Origin: Pseudomonadota bacterium
GTDB taxonomy: Bacteria > Bdellovibrionota_C > UBA2361 > OMII01
Direction of reading: 5' to 3'
Assembly: GCA_038134595.1 (NCBI GenBank)
Contig: JAYPVM010000012.1
Coordinates: 1-64,000 of the forward strand
Length of the DNA: 64,000 bases
Shown: positions 60,049 through 64,000 of the stretch, in pieces
Layout: each line of letters starts with the position of its first letter
How positions within the stretch are numbered: the stretch's first letter is position 1
The notes under the pieces: model-generated
What the model was told of the DNA's origin: nothing
Databases searched by the model: none
The model's input: only the letters and a program-made list of their open reading frames with translations
Translations under genes and position numbers: made by a program

Positions 60049-61218
60049 ATGCCAAGTCATCCCCAGTCTGTCACCATCGAACCAATCAATCTTGAAAGTT
60101 ATCAGTCTGTGCACGAGGGAGATCCGCTGGCTATCAATGGTTTTGAATACATTGAACTGTACGCCGATTGTGAAAAGCAGAGTGCTTTTTTTCTCTCCAG
60201 AGCGTTTGGATTTACACCGGTAGCCTACAAAGGATTAGAAACTGGCAGCAAAGACAAAGCGTGCGTAATACTGAAGCAAGGTAACGTCCGTCTTGTTATC
60301 TCATCTCCCCTTCACTCTGATACCGAGATTTCACAGCACGTATATAAACATGGATTTTCGGTCAAGGATGTAGCATTTAATGTCCCTGATGCCGTCCTTG
60401 CATATCAGGAGGCTCTTGCTCGAGGAGCAACAGGTATCATCGCGCCCGAGCGACTAACTGATGATCATGGAACCTTGATTCGGTCGGCTATCCAGACCTA
60501 TGGAGATACTATTCACTCCTTCATCTCGCGAGATAGTTATCCAGAAGATCTACTACCTGGATTCGTAGCGTATGGAAAAATATTCCCAAACTCTCCAGAG
60601 ATATCGAGTGCTGGATTGCTCTGTATCGACCATGTTGTCGGGAATGTCGAACTCGGAAAGATGGACCATTGGGTTTCTTTTTATGAAAACATCCTAGGAT
60701 TCTCTCAGCTAACTCACTTTACCGATGACGACATCTCGACCGAATATTCAGCACTCATGTCAAAGGTCATGTTCAATGGCAACGGTAAGATCAAACTCCC
60801 TATTAATGAGCCTGCCGAAGGTAAGCGTAAGTCACAAATCGAAGAATACTTGGAATACAATGAGGGGCCAGGCGTTCAACATATAGCATTTCGTACTGAT
60901 AATATCATCGACACTGTGTCAAATTTACGAAAGAACGGCGTGCGCTTCCTATTTGTTCCTAAAACGTATTACGAACAGATTCCCGATAGAATCGGCGAGA
61001 TAAAAGAGGATCTGGAAACAATTCAGACCCTGGGAATCCTCGTCGACCGAGATGAAGATGGATATCTGCTCCAAATCTTTACCAAAACTCTTGAAGACCG
61101 CCCGACGCTATTTTTTGAAATTATTCAACGCGAGGGATCACAGGGCTTCGGCGTTGGTAATTTCAAGGCACTCTTCGAAGCGATTGAACGAGACCAAGCA
61201 GAGCGAGGAAATCTTTAA
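60049..61218 (+). CDS. hppD: 4-hydroxyphenylpyruvate dioxygenase
   Basis: 'IDHVVGN', 'SQIEEYL', 'GVQHIA', 'GYLLQIFT', 'GFGVGNFKALF'. Confidence 0.97.
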   Translation: MPSHPQSVTIEPINLESYQSVHEGDPLAINGFEYIELYADCEKQSAFFLSRAFGFTPVAYKGLETGSKDKACVILKQGNVRLVISSPLHSDTEISQHVYKHGFSVKDVAFNVPDAVLAYQEALARGATGIIAPERLTDDHGTLIRSAIQTYGDTIHSFISRDSYPEDLLPGFVAYGKIFPNSPEISSAGLLCIDHVVGNVELGKMDHWVSFYENILGFSQLTHFTDDDISTEYSALMSKVMFNGNGKIKLPINEPAEGKRKSQIEEYLEYNEGPGVQHIAFRTDNIIDTVSNLRKNGVRFLFVPKTYYEQIPDRIGEIKEDLETIQTLGILVDRDEDGYLLQIFTKTLEDRPTLFFEIIQREGSQGFGVGNFKALFEAIERDQAERGNL

Positions 61219-61246
61219 GTGCATAACCTACGTACGTCACTCAGTA

Positions 61247-62713
61247 TCAGCGGACCATAAAAAACGGAAATGATCTTGTTTGCCAAACCTTTAACTCGCG
61301 CTCAAGTTTGGTTTTGTTGCGGAATAGGTCTCCAAATCCACTGCACCCAATAATTTCGCTCATGTCCTTGTTCAACGTATTGAGCTTATGAAGTAGTGGG
61401 CTACGCTGCTCTGCTGTAGAGCATTCCGCAAGTGCTTGCCTGATACTACCTCGTTGGGCATCAAGCTCCGTAATCAGCTCTTTCTCCTCACTGGTGAATA
61501 TTCCGACCTGAAAAAACGACTGTGGACGTGCTGTAATCTCCTTTTGTTGGCTGGCATAGATACTGGTGCGCTCTAAATCGTTAAGACGCTCTGGTGCAAT
61601 GTACCGAGTAGCCGATGCGACAACGAAACGAGGAAGCTTTACACCCCATAGATTCTCAGCAAATTCATCAACAAATCTATCGTACTTGGCACCGCCAATA
61701 CCATGCACAAATAAATCACAGCAAAAAGCTCGAAGAAATAGCGTTGTAATGCTTCCCCTCGACACGATTTCGCCTGAAGAAGGTTGCTGTTGTTCTTCTT
61801 CAACTTTATAACTCTTTCGCTTTCCGTCTTCGATACGCCACAACGGTAATTCACACTCTCTCGCGGTGACAGTGAGGTTGGGAAATGGATTTGCTTTATT
61901 CGAGATGTTGTGACTTTCTCTGTACTCATCAAGAGTTGTATTATAGCACCTGACTACCCGCCGGGGCTCCGCGCAGAAATGCTTTAAAACTTGCCTGAAG
62001 CCATCTAGTCGAAACAGAGAAGAAAGAGGCACCTCAGGCATTACAAATCCCTGTAAGGCCCATCGGACGATGGTATGGGCATGCAGGACAGACCTTCCCG
62101 CAAACCGTTCATAGAGAGCTAGAGCACGGGCCGCCCGATCTGCCTCCTCTTGCAATCCTACATTGATGAGCCCCCGCTGGATCTGCTCACTACAGGCTAG
62201 GAGTTCTTTGGAATGAACAATAGTATGTTGACGAAAAATCTTGTCGGTCGGCTCTGTGATAGATCCCCGCGCCAGCTCTATCGCATCATTGGCTCGTGCA
62301 GGCCATACGAGCTCTCCACTATCACCACAGTCGGTGTCAATCACTACATGGACACCGTACGCTTGCGTTACCTGTACAACATTCTGGTGCGCCCGTGCCT
62401 TAGCAAGAAGTCCATGATGATATACTACCGGCTGATGTCCAGACATGATAAGCAAGGAGTTCCCATCGGAACACCTCTCAGAAACGTGTTCCGCTACTGA
62501 AATACCCACCTCTTGAGCGATAGAGCGGAGTTCCGCGGTATACCGCTCAGTTGCTTCAATCACCTCCTCTCGTATCTGCTGGCAAAGCGGCGCGCCCAGT
62601 ATATTAAAGAGTTCAGTGCGATTCTTTTGATTCGCTTTCAGCACCTCTGGCCAATGCTTGAAATCAGGATTACAGGTCCAACTCTCTTGATACGTCTCGG
62701 TTGTGCTCATCAT
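61247..62713 (-). CDS. Hypothetical protein distantly resembling BshC-type ligases
   Basis: 'IMSGHQP', 'VVIDTD', 'FVHGIGGAKYD', C-terminal coiled coil. Confidence 0.5.
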   Translation of the reverse strand: MMSTTETYQESWTCNPDFKHWPEVLKANQKNRTELFNILGAPLCQQIREEVIEATERYTAELRSIAQEVGISVAEHVSERCSDGNSLLIMSGHQPVVYHHGLLAKARAHQNVVQVTQAYGVHVVIDTDCGDSGELVWPARANDAIELARGSITEPTDKIFRQHTIVHSKELLACSEQIQRGLINVGLQEEADRAARALALYERFAGRSVLHAHTIVRWALQGFVMPEVPLSSLFRLDGFRQVLKHFCAEPRRVVRCYNTTLDEYRESHNISNKANPFPNLTVTARECELPLWRIEDGKRKSYKVEEEQQQPSSGEIVSRGSITTLFLRAFCCDLFVHGIGGAKYDRFVDEFAENLWGVKLPRFVVASATRYIAPERLNDLERTSIYASQQKEITARPQSFFQVGIFTSEEKELITELDAQRGSIRQALAECSTAEQRSPLLHKLNTLNKDMSEIIGCSGFGDLFRNKTKLERELKVWQTRSFPFFMVR

Positions 62714-62792
62714 AATAGAGGAAGCCTACACGGATCTTCAAAGGCATTCCAGTCTACGAATCACTATGTCATGAACCCAAGGCTATCGTAGC

Positions 62793-63779
62793 CTACACAT
62801 AATCTAAGATCGTTAGTCGAAGAATCTTCGCGGTAACAGAGTACGAGGCCTGAAGAGCTGTTTGAGCTTGCTGTAGATTGGCGGCGACTTCGGTCTCATC
62901 TGCGTCCTGCATACGACTCAGTACCTCTCGAGCTGAATTCTTAGTAAGCTCAAGTAGCGCTTCGCCAGTTTCGAGTCGACGTAGTCGTCCACCAAGCGAA
63001 ACCCGTTCAGGAATCATATCCACATCTCTGGCCGTGTTTAGGAGGTCAATAGTAGCCTTGATGTCTTCGGTTTGCGTGTGGAAATCATCGGGAAATGTAT
63101 AGGCTGCGCCCGTACCGTCTGGAGTCCCCGATGCGGGCAGTGTGGTATATCCGGATAGCGTGCGTGCCAACCGCTCCAACGCCTCCATACTAGTTCCAAA
63201 CAACTCATCTGCGGGGGTATTCAGGTTAACCGAAATAGTATCGGTTACCTTAACACTCTTTGTGCCATCTTTACCTGGATTACCATCAAACACCCAACGC
63301 ACCGAAGCGAGTCCGTCAGTCGGCTCGTCGTAGCTATTTTGATCAAATGGCGCGTCAGCATCATCAGTACCGCCGTATACATAGCGCCCCTGATACGTAG
63401 AGTTAGCGAGGTTAGCCATCTGATCGCGAATCTGAAACACCTCTTCCGCTAGTTGTGCACGAGAGGTTTCATTGAGTGTTTCGTTCGCTCCTTGCTGCGC
63501 TATCTCCTTTGCACGTACGATTAATTCGGTAGCTTGACTAACGATATTGTCCTGAAATTGCAAAAACCCCATCGTTTGCGCAATCGTGCTGGAGTACGAA
63601 TCGATCTTTTCTATTTGTTGTTTATACCGGCTAATTGCGCCTGCATCGACTGCATCGCTTGGCTTGCTAACTTTGACGCCGCTAGTTAATTGGTTGGAGA
63701 GATCGTTTAATCTTCTCTTATTCTCCAAAGCTTGCGAAACAAGGCTTCGAACACTTTGATTTTCAGATACTCGTATCAT
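62793..63779 (-). CDS. flgL: Flagellar hook-associated protein 3
   Basis: 'LTSGVKVSKPSD', 'ANSTYQGRYVYGG', C-terminal 'LTILDYV'. Confidence 0.93.
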   Translation of the reverse strand: MIRVSENQSVRSLVSQALENKRRLNDLSNQLTSGVKVSKPSDAVDAGAISRYKQQIEKIDSYSSTIAQTMGFLQFQDNIVSQATELIVRAKEIAQQGANETLNETSRAQLAEEVFQIRDQMANLANSTYQGRYVYGGTDDADAPFDQNSYDEPTDGLASVRWVFDGNPGKDGTKSVKVTDTISVNLNTPADELFGTSMEALERLARTLSGYTTLPASGTPDGTGAAYTFPDDFHTQTEDIKATIDLLNTARDVDMIPERVSLGGRLRRLETGEALLELTKNSAREVLSRMQDADETEVAANLQQAQTALQASYSVTAKILRLTILDYV

Positions 63780-64000
63780 ATCAAGCTCACAATTGTGTCT
63801 ATTATTTCAGAAGCGGTTCTAATCATTCTCGCAGAGGCTTGAAATGCTTTCTGATACTTAATGACATTTGCAAATTCCTCATCGAGACTTACCGATGAGA
63901 ACTCATCTCTCTTTGTTTGAGCCGAAAGCAAATTTGCTTCGGCCACTTGGTACTCATTTTGAGCGGCCGCCTTCAGGCTTCCGATAATACTGACCGACGA
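63776..64000 (-). CDS. flgK: Flagellar hook-associated protein 1, 3' end (partial; missing from the ORF track)
   Basis: Manual translation …RDEFSSVSLDEEFANVIKYQKAFQASARMIRTASEIIDTIVSLI*; stop overlaps the flgL ATG. Confidence 0.92.
   Translation of the reverse strand, partial: SSVSIIGSLKAAAQNEYQVAEANLLSAQTKRDEFSSVSLDEEFANVIKYQKAFQASARMIRTASEIIDTIVSLI

Noticed and set aside
1..64000. CRISPR arrays, tRNA/rRNA genes, transposases, integrases, prophage genes
   Set aside because: None recognised by eye; a short tRNA or degenerate IS could have been missed without a scan.

Overview
Chromosomal window from a flagellated Gram-negative bacterium; the taxon cannot be fixed from the sequence alone. 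The right two-thirds is mostly housekeeping and metabolism: mlaA-like, aminotransferase, GPx, flagellin, pcnB-lptB-rpoN-hpf-rapZ-metK, SulP/beta-carbonic anhydrase, an alpha-glucan cluster (GH63/GH57/GT4/glk), trmB, gntK, an ABC pair, hppD and flgL/flgK. The most striking element is a ~6.1 kb accessory cassette (267-6405) bracketed by a 211-bp duplication of the 3' part of ilvA (56-266 vs 6461-6671, 9 mismatches, all synonymous). It looks like an undescribed RiPP-type biosynthetic cluster. One arm holds a 65-aa ORF with a Cys-rich tail (QCNVSACGGKCRGAT), a hairpin, a GRDP/DUF1399-like protein, a GNAT and a GT4 glycosyltransferase. The divergent arm holds an M3 oligopeptidase, an Fe/2OG (TauD-like) dioxygenase and a SAM methyltransferase. 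Other oddities: a tandem double MoxR AAA+ ATPase directly upstream of a 1052-aa annexin-repeat-like protein, an orphan traF/traH/traG-like triplet, and a calpain-like Cys protease. All family calls come from motifs read by eye; no database searches were run.
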